Origin: an uncultured Pseudomonadota bacterium
Lineage (GTDB): Bacteria; Babelota; Babeliae; Babelales; CAIQNR01
Direction of reading: 5' to 3'
Length of the DNA: 64,000 nt
Assembly: GCA_964570505.1 (NCBI GenBank)
Contig: CAZMYL010000001.1
Coordinates: forward strand, 143,501-207,500
This document shows positions 25,981-34,487 of this stretch, one piece after another. Each line of letters begins with the position of its first letter. Positions within the stretch are counted from its first letter, which is position 1. The position numbers were made by a program, and so were the translations under genes. The notes under the pieces are model-generated. The model searched no databases and was not told the DNA's origin. It saw only the letters and a program-made list of their open reading frames with translations.

Positions 25981-27753
25981 TTATTGTTGTACAAGGTTTT
26001 TAAATATTTTTGCTACATCTTCTGTGCTCATGTCGTACATTTCACTTTGCCAATGAGCAATCTCTTTTTTTGTTACTGGATCTATAATAATTAAATAAGG
26101 GACCCCAGAAACGCCAAATTCTTTTTTGATGCTTGCGTATGGTTCTACAAATGCATCAGATGCATCAACAGATAATATAACATAATCCGTTTTTAGCACT
26201 TCTGATACAACATTACTTTTAAGAATTTTATTGGTTATTCCTTTGCAGATTGAGCAATAAGGCGTCCAAGTATCTATAAATAATAATTTTTTAGAATTGC
26301 GAGCTTCTGTAAGAGCTTCTTCATAATCAGTAAACCATGCTGATTCAAATGAAACAATTTCTTGAGGATGATACCATGCCTGAACTGCTTGAATTCCTGT
26401 CATAACAGCAGTTATTATTGCTGCAAATCCTATAAGATTTTTAATGATTTTCCATGTAAAAGTATCTTCATTTTTTATAAAATAAAAGTAATGAATGCCT
26501 ATATAAAAAAATAAAAGTGTGGTTAATGCCATGATAATATAAAATGGTAAAATATTATTGAGATAATAAAGAGCCATAGCAAGTAGCATAAAACCAAATA
26601 TTTTTTGAATTTCAAGCATCCACATGCCTGCTTTTGGTAAAAGCGTCATAGATCTAGAAAATGTTCCAATAATTAAAAGTGGCGTGCTAATTCCAAATCC
26701 AAAAGCAAATAAAAGTAAAAAACCTAAAAATTTGCTACCAAGAGCGGCAACAATTGTTAAAATAAGTGCAAGCCCTGGAGATACACAAGGAGAGGCAACT
26801 GAACCACTTGCCATACCAAAAAAGAATGCAGATAATGCAGATCCTGAACCAGAAATAGAATTTTTATTTTGCATAAAGCGTGGAATATATAAATTGTAAA
26901 ATCCAAAAAGTGAAAATGCAAAATAGCATAAAAAGAGAACAATAAAAATTACAAAAATAGGGTTTGTCATAAGATAGCCAAATGCTTGCCCGGAGCTTGC
27001 AGCAAGAAGACCCATGAGTGAAAAAGTTGTTGCAAGCCCAACAGTATAAGAAAATGCGATAAAGAAATTGTGTATAAATGATGAATGTGTTTGTGATTGT
27101 AAAACACCAAGTGTTATAGGAATCATAGGGTAAATACAAGGGGTCAAACTTAATAAAAGGCCTAAAATAAAGGCTAAGAAAAGTTGCAATGTTAAAGAAT
27201 TGGTTTCTATAAGTATTTTTTTAATAGATTCTTTGTATGAAAAACTTGTTATTTTTGTAAGTAAAGATGATGAATCTGATGATTCAATTTTTAATGGAGT
27301 GTTTGTAGCTTTTTCTATATCTGGATTTGATTCTTCTGATTGATGTACTGATTGTGAAAATGAAAAAGGAATTAATATTTCTTGTGGTTCGGGGTTTTTA
27401 GAAGATGCGATTGTTACATGAAGAGAACCGCTGTTTGCAAGGGGTGTGTTATTTTTTTCTATACATGCAGTTATAATAAATGATTGATTATATGCATTAA
27501 TATTTTCTTGGAGTGTTTCATTAAAAGAAAAAACAGGTTTTTTATCGATAGACCAATTTTTTAAAGTACATTCTGGATCATCAATAGAAAGAATTATATG
27601 TTCATTATTAATCAGTTCCTGAGGTTCTAGTGAAATGGGAATATTTATAATAAGAGAATTTTCATCTTTTTGTTCTAAGGAATGGTCTAATTTAAAAGAT
27701 AGAAGCTTGCAATGAGAAAGTAGTAAAAAAGAAAATAATAATAATTTTTTCAT
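25981..27753 (-). CDS. dsbD: thiol:disulfide interchange protein DsbD-like
   Basis: Signal peptide and a periplasmic N-domain. The central DsbD/CcdA membrane core carries LTPCIYPMIPIT and ASPCVSPGL. The C-terminal thioredoxin domain has WTPYCSICK (CxxC). Confidence 0.8.
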   Translation of the reverse strand: MKKLLLFSFLLLSHCKLLSFKLDHSLEQKDENSLIINIPISLEPQELINNEHIILSIDDPECTLKNWSIDKKPVFSFNETLQENINAYNQSFIITACIEKNNTPLANSGSLHVTIASSKNPEPQEILIPFSFSQSVHQSEESNPDIEKATNTPLKIESSDSSSLLTKITSFSYKESIKKILIETNSLTLQLFLAFILGLLLSLTPCIYPMIPITLGVLQSQTHSSFIHNFFIAFSYTVGLATTFSLMGLLAASSGQAFGYLMTNPIFVIFIVLFLCYFAFSLFGFYNLYIPRFMQNKNSISGSGSALSAFFFGMASGSVASPCVSPGLALILTIVAALGSKFLGFLLLFAFGFGISTPLLIIGTFSRSMTLLPKAGMWMLEIQKIFGFMLLAMALYYLNNILPFYIIMALTTLLFFYIGIHYFYFIKNEDTFTWKIIKNLIGFAAIITAVMTGIQAVQAWYHPQEIVSFESAWFTDYEEALTEARNSKKLLFIDTWTPYCSICKGITNKILKSNVVSEVLKTDYVILSVDASDAFVEPYASIKKEFGVSGVPYLIIIDPVTKKEIAHWQSEMYDMSTEDVAKIFKNLVQQ

Positions 27754-27872
27754 ATGAATTCCTTTATCATGAGGTGATCGGTTGCATTTTTTTTACGATT
27801 ATTTACACTTACTATACTTATTTTTTTTCAATAAACAATGAGATAAAAATATTAAAAATTAAAATAAATTTT

Positions 27873-27945
27873 GGGGTTATAGCTCAGTTGGTAGAGCGCA
27901 CGGATGGCATTCGTGAGGTCAGCGGTTCGAGCCCGCTTAGCTCCA
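27873..27945 (+). tRNA. tRNA-Ala (anticodon GGC)
   Basis: The cloverleaf was folded by hand: acceptor GGGGTTA/TAGCTCC with the G3:U70 alanine identity pair, D arm GCTC-AGTTGGTA-GAGC, anticodon stem CACGG/TCGTG with loop ATGGCAT, and T arm AGCGG-TTCGAGC-CCGCT. CCA is not encoded. Confidence 0.9.
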
Positions 27946-27951
27946 AATAAA

Positions 27952-27976
27952 ATAAGGCACTTTTACAGTGCCTTAT
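27952..27976. terminator. bidirectional hairpin after tRNA-Ala and the convergent small gene
   Basis: ATAAGGCACT TTTAC AGTGCCTTAT: a 10-bp stem with T-rich flanks. Confidence 0.65.
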
Positions 27977-27979
27977 TTA

Positions 27980-28171
27980 TTAATGCGTGTGGCATTTTTC
28001 ATGTTCATTATGTTTGTGTTTGTTTGAGCAACAATGAGATACGCATTCTCCGTCTATTTTTTTTCTGCATATCATTTTACCAAGTAGATACATGGTTCCA
28101 ATGCTTGCTCCAATTATTCCAATAATCATTAAAGATATTTTTAAAAGATATGTTATTTTTTTTGATATCAT
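27980..28171 (-). CDS. small membrane protein with a Cys/His-rich tail, 63 aa
   Basis: One TM helix (LLKISLMIIGIIGASIGTMYLL) followed by CRKKIDGECVSHCCSNKHKHNEHEKCHTH. Its ATG overlaps the stop of the upstream gene (ATGA), which implies translational coupling. Confidence 0.55.
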   Translation of the reverse strand: MISKKITYLLKISLMIIGIIGASIGTMYLLGKMICRKKIDGECVSHCCSNKHKHNEHEKCHTH

Positions 28172-28962
28172 GCTCGTAACACTTTTACGTTTCCAGAATT
28201 TGTTAATAATCTAACTTCACAGCCTTCAGAATTTCCTAATGTTCCTTGTATATCTTTCCTTAATTGTGCAAGTGCCATATTAGAAATTTCTGTTGATACA
28301 TTTTTTAAAAGTACTTTTTGTTCAGTTGTTACCTTTCCACGAGATGTTTTTGCATAAAGGGTAGCATTAGTATTTTCTGGAATGCGAATGTTAACATTTC
28401 CTTTTGTACTTAATGCTAAGATATTGTCTGGTTTTTTAAGATCAGTTGTTTCTATATCAATATTGCCAAATTTTGTTTCTGCTTTAATTGCTCGAGCTCC
28501 GTTAATTTTGATTGATCCTTTATATGCTTTTGCATTAACAGGTTCAGTAACACCATTTATAGAAATATTCCCTTTTTCTGTTTGAGCGTCAACAGAGCAA
28601 CGTTTTGGAATTACTAAAGTGTAGTTAACGTGGCATGAACCAGTTGATTTTTCTACAGTTTTGATATTAAACGAAGATTTTGTATGTTTTATATCAACAT
28701 GTGTTTCTTCAATATCATCTGGTTTTCCAGATTTAACTACTTCTAGTAAAACTTCATTTTTAGACCATGTTTTTATGGTTATGTCACCAGTAAAATTTTT
28801 AATTATTATATGATTTTCTTTATCTGTTAACATATGTTTAGAAGAATTAATATCATTTTCGATGCCGTATATCCAATTGGATATATTTGTAAATAAACCA
28901 TCACGACTAACTATTGTCATGTAAGTGAAAAGTAACGATGTTAACAGTAAAATTTTTTTCAT
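28168..28962 (-). CDS. exported DUF4097-type (putative adhesin / beta-helix) protein
   Basis: Signal peptide MKKILLLTSLLFTYMTIV. Repeated G(N/D/S)I(x)I strands (GDITIKT, GNISING, GSIKING, GNIDIET, GNVNIRI, GNVKVLR) are typical of DUF4097. Confidence 0.6.
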   Translation of the reverse strand: MKKILLLTSLLFTYMTIVSRDGLFTNISNWIYGIENDINSSKHMLTDKENHIIIKNFTGDITIKTWSKNEVLLEVVKSGKPDDIEETHVDIKHTKSSFNIKTVEKSTGSCHVNYTLVIPKRCSVDAQTEKGNISINGVTEPVNAKAYKGSIKINGARAIKAETKFGNIDIETTDLKKPDNILALSTKGNVNIRIPENTNATLYAKTSRGKVTTEQKVLLKNVSTEISNMALAQLRKDIQGTLGNSEGCEVRLLTNSGNVKVLRA

Positions 28963-28987
28963 AAAAAGTCCTTTTTAAGCTTAGAAA

Positions 28988-30418
28988 GTGTATAAGACTA
29001 TGAATTCTACAAAAGTTGTAACAATTGTGCAAAAAGTAATGAAAGAAATTAAAGAAGAATTTCCTCTAATTGAAAAAATAATAAATGATCTTCATATTCA
29101 AAACAACGGTGTACAATGTATTCTTGTTGGAGGAGCGGTTAGAGATGCTTTTTTAGATATCCCTATAAAAGATTTTGATATAGAAGTGTATGGAATTGAA
29201 TTAGACGATTTAGAAAAATTTTTACGTCAATATGGTTTTGTAAGAAAAATTGGAAAAGTTTTTGGAGTTTTTAAAATTGATGGTCTGCCTGTTGATTGGT
29301 CGCTGCCACGTATCGATGGAGTAGGGAGAAGACCAGTGATTGAAATAAATTCTAAATTACCTTATCAAGAGGCGTTTTCAAGAAGAGATGTTACTATTAA
29401 TGCTATGGGAATCAATCTTGCAAATGGTGAGTTTGTTGATCCATTTAATGGAATTGAAGATTTAAAAAATAAAACGTTAAGAGTAGCCAATAGTAATTTT
29501 TTTAAAGAAGATCCGCTACGTTATTTTAGAATAATGCAATTTATAGGTCGATTCGATTTTTTTCCAGATAAAGAATTATATGAAATCGGAACTTCTATGG
29601 AATTGTCAGGTCTTTCGGTTGAACGTATTAAAGAAGAATTTTATAAATTGTTTGTTCTTTCTAAAAAGCCTTCGTTAGGATTGCAATGGCTTGTTGATAC
29701 AGGCAGACTTAAAGAAATTTTACCAGAAATTTACGCTCTTATTGGAGTTGAGCAAAATGCTCAGTGGCACCCAGAGGGGGATGTTTTTGAGCATACTAAG
29801 CAGGTAGTAGATAGAGCAGCTTTAGAGCATTATGATACGCAAGAAGATAGATATGTAATGGTACTTTCTGCATTGTGTCATGATCTTGGAAAGGCGATAA
29901 CAACTAAGAATAGTAATGGAAAAATTTCTTCAATAGGACATGATATCGCAGGTGTTCAATTAGCTCAAAAAGTTTTGGATATTGTTTCTATTTCAAAAAA
30001 AATAAATAGTAGAGTTACTAAATTAGTACGTTGGCATATGGTACCTTTTTCATTTGTTTATAATAAAGCTGGTGCTGCTGCGTATAAACGACTTGCTTTG
30101 AGACTTTCTCCTGAGACTTCATGTAAAGAATTGGGTATTTTAATGATATGTGATAAAACAGGAAGAAATCCTCATAAAGATAAGATTTCTTTAAATAATA
30201 GTGATTCAATTGTTGAAGAATTCTTAGCAAAAGCTCAATCTTATGGAGTTTTATATAAACCAGAGGATCCTATTCTTAAAGGAATTGATTTGCTTGATTC
30301 TATAAAACCTGGCAAAGCTTTAGGGGTTGCGTTAGATGCTGCGTATTCTTTACAAATTGAAAAAGGTATTGTGGATAAGCATGAACTTAAAAAAAGGGTT
30401 TTATTATGCAGAAAATAA
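28988..30418 (+). CDS. cca: CCA-adding tRNA nucleotidyltransferase with HD domain
   Basis: Pol-beta NTase head LVGGAVRDAFLDIPIKDFDIEV and RRDVTINA, with an HD domain HDLGK. The start may be the ATG at 29000 rather than GTG 28988. Confidence 0.8.
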   Translation: MYKTMNSTKVVTIVQKVMKEIKEEFPLIEKIINDLHIQNNGVQCILVGGAVRDAFLDIPIKDFDIEVYGIELDDLEKFLRQYGFVRKIGKVFGVFKIDGLPVDWSLPRIDGVGRRPVIEINSKLPYQEAFSRRDVTINAMGINLANGEFVDPFNGIEDLKNKTLRVANSNFFKEDPLRYFRIMQFIGRFDFFPDKELYEIGTSMELSGLSVERIKEEFYKLFVLSKKPSLGLQWLVDTGRLKEILPEIYALIGVEQNAQWHPEGDVFEHTKQVVDRAALEHYDTQEDRYVMVLSALCHDLGKAITTKNSNGKISSIGHDIAGVQLAQKVLDIVSISKKINSRVTKLVRWHMVPFSFVYNKAGAAAYKRLALRLSPETSCKELGILMICDKTGRNPHKDKISLNNSDSIVEEFLAKAQSYGVLYKPEDPILKGIDLLDSIKPGKALGVALDAAYSLQIEKGIVDKHELKKRVLLCRK

Positions 30419-31143
30419 GTATGTTCATTTGTTTTTTTATGAATGTTTTATATATAAAAGCAGAAGAAAAAAAAATTGTTTATCAATGCCCATGGCCTGA
30501 TCCAGAATTTTCTATTTTATCTGTTAGACCAACAAATTTGCTTCGAATTACTCCTTGTTTTTACAAAAACAAAAAAAATACACAACAGGTATATGTTGAT
30601 GTTCCTTTTGATTGGGTAGTTGTTGATCAAAAAAATAAAAATTATATTAATCTTAAAGTCTTTGGTAAAGCGGAATTGCAAAAAGATTGGACAGATGCTT
30701 TTTTAAGGCCAATGCGTTATTCATATAAATATTTATATATTGGGATATATGGATTGTTATTACCAAGCTCTGATGGAAAGCCTTTAGCCCTTGAAACTAG
30801 TGTGTCAATGACAACTAGTATTGATCCAATTACACAAAAAGAAATTGATTGTGTAAGCGGGTATGATTATATAAAAAATAAAAAATTATATGGATGTGAT
30901 ATATTAATTGAATCAGATACATTAGAAGCTCCTATTCTTGATGAAGTTTCTGTATCTTTTGAAATTCCTTTATTAAAAATAGATTATGATGCAAAAAAAA
31001 TTTCATGTGTTTATCCAGAGTATGTAGAAAAAAAGTCTGTTTTTCAAAAAAATAAAACTATTTTTAGTGCTCAATTTCCCAGTGAATTAATGAATGCTTC
31101 AGTAAAAATTAAATCAAAAAATTGCGTAGAATTTTGTTTATAA
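30406..31143 (+). CDS. hypothetical exported Cys-containing protein, 245 aa
   Basis: Signal-like MQKISMFICFFMNVLYIKA. Overlaps the cca 3' end by 13 nt and sits immediately upstream of tolQ. No family recognised. Confidence 0.55.
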   Translation: MQKISMFICFFMNVLYIKAEEKKIVYQCPWPDPEFSILSVRPTNLLRITPCFYKNKKNTQQVYVDVPFDWVVVDQKNKNYINLKVFGKAELQKDWTDAFLRPMRYSYKYLYIGIYGLLLPSSDGKPLALETSVSMTTSIDPITQKEIDCVSGYDYIKNKKLYGCDILIESDTLEAPILDEVSVSFEIPLLKIDYDAKKISCVYPEYVEKKSVFQKNKTIFSAQFPSELMNASVKIKSKNCVEFCL

Positions 31144-31200
31144 TCTTGTACAATTTAGATTACATGAATTATCTCATAATTAATCTAAAAAGGTGTGTCT

Positions 31201-31875
31201 ATGAAACTTTTTTTCGGTAATGCTTTGTGGCATTTGCTTATGCAATCTGATTTTGTAACTAAGTGTATTATGCTTGGTCTTTTAATAGTATCTATTATTT
31301 GCTGGACTGTTATTTTTTATAAATGGGTACAACTAAGTGATAAATCAAAGCAGTTATCTTTATTACTTAAAAAATTTGATCGTATCAAAAATGGAGCTGA
31401 GTTTAATCGGATAATTCATGAAAGTAGTACGCTTTTTGGTGGTGAAGTAGTAATCAATTATATTGATGAGTCAAAAAAAGTAGAGAGTTTAAAAATTGAT
31501 TATCAAAAAGAATTGTTAGATGAAAAACAATATTTAGTCATTGATGAATTGGTGTTTCAAGAATCTTCTTATTTATTAATACTTTTTATAGCTGCTGCTT
31601 GTGGTCCTTTGGTTGGTTTGTTTGGAACTGTATGGGGATTGATGCATTCATTTATGAGTATTGCTCAAAAACATACAGCAGATATTGTGACTGTTGCTCC
31701 TGGTATAGCAGAAGCTCTTTTAACTACGTTGGCGGGGCTTTTAGTAGCAATACCAGCTTTGATTATGTATCACTATTTAGTTCATAAAATTCGTTGTATT
31801 GAGCATGATTTATATAAGCTATCTGCTGTCATGAGTGATGTTTCAAAAGCATTTATTTTCTCTGTAAAGGATTAA
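31201..31875 (+). CDS. tolQ: Tol-Pal system protein TolQ (MotA/TolQ/ExbB proton channel)
   Basis: Three TM helices and the conserved C-terminal channel motif GLFGTVWGLMHSF...APGIAEALLTTLAGLLVAIPA. Followed by tolR, a tolA-like gene and tolB. The track start is GTG 31195. Confidence 0.8.
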   Translation: MKLFFGNALWHLLMQSDFVTKCIMLGLLIVSIICWTVIFYKWVQLSDKSKQLSLLLKKFDRIKNGAEFNRIIHESSTLFGGEVVINYIDESKKVESLKIDYQKELLDEKQYLVIDELVFQESSYLLILFIAAACGPLVGLFGTVWGLMHSFMSIAQKHTADIVTVAPGIAEALLTTLAGLLVAIPALIMYHYLVHKIRCIEHDLYKLSAVMSDVSKAFIFSVKD

Positions 31876-31876
31876 T

Positions 31877-32308
31877 ATGAAATTACGTTTACAGAGATTG
31901 CGTAAAAAAAAAGAAAATGTTCATTTAGATGTCAATTTGATGCCTCTTATTGATGTTGCATTAAATCTACTTATTATTTTTATGGTTGCAGCTCCAATGC
32001 TCCATCAAGAAAATGGAATTCAAGTTGAGCTTCCTCGAGGTAATGTTAAAGAAACTGATGATGCAGTAAGTCAAAACATTGTTGTTTATATCAATAAAAA
32101 AGGACAGTTTTTTATTGATGATGTTTTAACAAAATTAGAAAATTTAATAGAAAATATTCAAAAAAAAGCTGGATCTAAAGGAGAAAAAACTGTCTTTGTA
32201 AAAGCAGATACAGCTGTTTCATATGGTAAAGTTATAGAACTTGTTGATCAAATTAAGCATATTGGGGGAGTTCGGTATGTTGCGTTGGCTACATCAAAGA
32301 TTGACTAG
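31877..32308 (+). CDS. tolR: Tol-Pal system protein TolR (ExbD/TolR family)
   Basis: 143 aa with the ExbD/TolR pattern: VNLMPLIDVALNLLIIFMV, a single TM helix and a periplasmic domain. Confidence 0.8.
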   Translation: MKLRLQRLRKKKENVHLDVNLMPLIDVALNLLIIFMVAAPMLHQENGIQVELPRGNVKETDDAVSQNIVVYINKKGQFFIDDVLTKLENLIENIQKKAGSKGEKTVFVKADTAVSYGKVIELVDQIKHIGGVRYVALATSKID

Positions 32309-33050
32309 ATATAAAAATAACGTACATGCATTTTTATTTTTTACGTTTTTTCTCCATATTTTATTTGTTTGGGTGATTTTTTTTGGCTATAGGCAATCAA
32401 TTGATTTTACATTTATGATTAATAAATCATCATCACATGCTCTTATAAAATTATTACCGTTGGGTGAAATAAAACCTAAATTAAATAATGGATCTTTTAA
32501 AAATAAAGATAAAAGTGAAATTCTTTTAGATAAAAAAAATAAAAATAAAAATGAGATAAAAAAGAAAAAGACTGCAATATTAAAAGAAAAAAAACAAAAA
32601 AAAATATCTATAAAAAAGAATAAAAGTAACCAAATAAAAAATAATCAAATAAATGGTGAAAATGTTGATCAAAAAAAAGAAGAAATTTCTATAAAGGAAG
32701 CTAAGTCAGAAGTAGAAAATGTAAAAAAAGAATTAATTGACGAGAAGATGATTCAGCAGCCTCAGGAAGATGTTCTGTATGTTACTCAAAAAGAATTAGA
32801 TGCATTACAGTTAGAACAGCAACTTAAAGAGGCAATAGAACAAGTTTGGGTATCTCCTTTTGGAGTAGAAAATGATTTGATTTGTGAAGTTTTAGTTGTG
32901 ATTGGTTGGGATGGTACAATAATTGAAAAATCATTAACAAAACCAAGTGAAATTTACATTTATGATAGTGCTGTTGAAGAAGCATTAGATAAATTAATTG
33001 TTCCTCAGCAATTATGGGGTAAAACAATTACAATAATATTTAAACCTTAA
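32277..33050 (+). CDS. tolA: TolA/TonB-family energy-transducing protein
   Basis: N-terminal TM helix (AFLFFTFFLHILFVWVIFF), a long Lys/Glu/Asn-rich linker and a small C-terminal TonB_C/TolA-like domain. Its position between tolR and tolB supports the call. The start (32241 or 32277) is uncertain. Confidence 0.55.
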   Translation: MLRWLHQRLTRYKNNVHAFLFFTFFLHILFVWVIFFGYRQSIDFTFMINKSSSHALIKLLPLGEIKPKLNNGSFKNKDKSEILLDKKNKNKNEIKKKKTAILKEKKQKKISIKKNKSNQIKNNQINGENVDQKKEEISIKEAKSEVENVKKELIDEKMIQQPQEDVLYVTQKELDALQLEQQLKEAIEQVWVSPFGVENDLICEVLVVIGWDGTIIEKSLTKPSEIYIYDSAVEEALDKLIVPQQLWGKTITIIFKP

Positions 33051-33061
33051 TAATCGAAAAT

Positions 33062-34378
33062 ATGTTTATGAATATAAGATATATAAGTATGTTTCTATTT
33101 TCTTTTTTAGTATTAAATGGATATTCAAAAGATAATATACAAGAAAATATGCAAGTTCATGTTGGCGCAAAAGAGAGTAAAAAAGTTCAATTAGCCTTAG
33201 TTTTTATTGAAAAGAAAGAATCTTCTGAAAGCATAGCTTCATTGATTCAAAAAGATCTTATTTTTACAGATAGATTTGATGTAAGTATTCTTTTTATGAA
33301 AAAAATTCCTCTTAAAAAGGATATTCAAAAATTAGAAGATAAAGGATTTTCTGTAGTTGTTTTTATTGATCATAATTATAAGAAAAAATTATGTGATGTT
33401 CGTCTTTATGATGTTAAAAAAGGTACAATGATTACAGACAAGGGATATGTTGTTCATAAATCAGGTAGGTTAGAAAAAATATGGGCACATGAAATTTCTG
33501 ATTTGATAGTTGAAAAACTGACTCATAATTCAGGTTCTTTTTGCAGTAAGTTAACATATTGCAAACAGCTTGCTACAGGGCAAAGGTGTATTTGTGTTAG
33601 TGATTATGATGGAACTGATGAACGTATTGTTGCAAAAGGAAATTTGCTTTTAGCGCCTCGATGGAATCAAGATGATGAATATCCCTCTATCTTGTATTCT
33701 CGTTATACAGCATCTAATGTTTGTTTAATGGAAGTTGACTTGCGCAGCGGTAAACAAAAAAAAGTAGTAAGTTATGAAGGTCTTAATATTTTGCCTGCTT
33801 TTGCGCCAGATTCTAATGAGGTAGTATTGTGTTTGTCCTGTAAGGGTAATACACAACTCTATAGTTATAGATATGATAGAAATAAAAAACCAATAAATTT
33901 TATACAAATAACGTTTAATAATGGAAACAATATTGCCCCGACAATTTTGGAAGACGATAAAATTATTTTTTGCTCTGATTTTCAAATAGGAAGGCCTCAA
34001 TTATATTTACTTGACCGTAAAAATGAAAAACTTGTTTGTTTGTCAGAGAATGAAGATGTATGTTTTGCGCCAACGTATAGCCCTGTTAATAAAAAAGTGG
34101 TGTATACAAAGATGGTTGATGGGATTGGGCAATTATTTTTGTATAATGTAAAAACAGGAATTCATAAACAAATAACATTTGATCAAGGTCATAAACAAGA
34201 GGCCTCATGGTCGCCTTGTGGAAATTATATAGCTTTTGGATTTAGTAATGGTAATGCAAAACGAATTGCATTACAAAACATCTGTACAGGTAAGCGTATT
34301 TTTGTAACAGATGAAAATTCTTTATGCACATACCCTGCATGGTCAATCAATTTTAAAGATTTTCCAATTCTTAAATAA
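33062..34378 (+). CDS. tolB: Tol-Pal system beta-propeller protein TolB
   Basis: Signal peptide, a TolB N-domain and repeated propeller blades with P(A/T)(F/Y/W)(A/S)P(D/x) motifs (PAFAPDSNEVV, APTYSPVNKKVVY, EASWSPCGNYIAF, YPAWS). Confidence 0.8.
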   Translation: MFMNIRYISMFLFSFLVLNGYSKDNIQENMQVHVGAKESKKVQLALVFIEKKESSESIASLIQKDLIFTDRFDVSILFMKKIPLKKDIQKLEDKGFSVVVFIDHNYKKKLCDVRLYDVKKGTMITDKGYVVHKSGRLEKIWAHEISDLIVEKLTHNSGSFCSKLTYCKQLATGQRCICVSDYDGTDERIVAKGNLLLAPRWNQDDEYPSILYSRYTASNVCLMEVDLRSGKQKKVVSYEGLNILPAFAPDSNEVVLCLSCKGNTQLYSYRYDRNKKPINFIQITFNNGNNIAPTILEDDKIIFCSDFQIGRPQLYLLDRKNEKLVCLSENEDVCFAPTYSPVNKKVVYTKMVDGIGQLFLYNVKTGIHKQITFDQGHKQEASWSPCGNYIAFGFSNGNAKRIALQNICTGKRIFVTDENSLCTYPAWSINFKDFPILK

Positions 34379-34487
34379 TCAAACGATCGACAGAAATATT
34401 ATATTTTATTATAATTGGCATTGATTAGGGGTAGTGAGAGCTAATCTTGCTCGATTGCAGAGTTTCATCATTTGTGTAGGAAGTTTC

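Noticed and set aside
27904-28125. 73-aa plus-strand ORF starting inside tRNA-Ala.
   Set aside because: It overlaps a well-folding tRNA, a terminator hairpin and the better-supported minus-strand small gene. It is a spurious frame.
32480-32720. Lys/Asn-rich, A-rich stretch that looks like a DNA-level repeat.
   Set aside because: It is the low-complexity linker of the TolA-like protein (KNKNKNEIKKKK...). There is no defined period and the reading frame is maintained.
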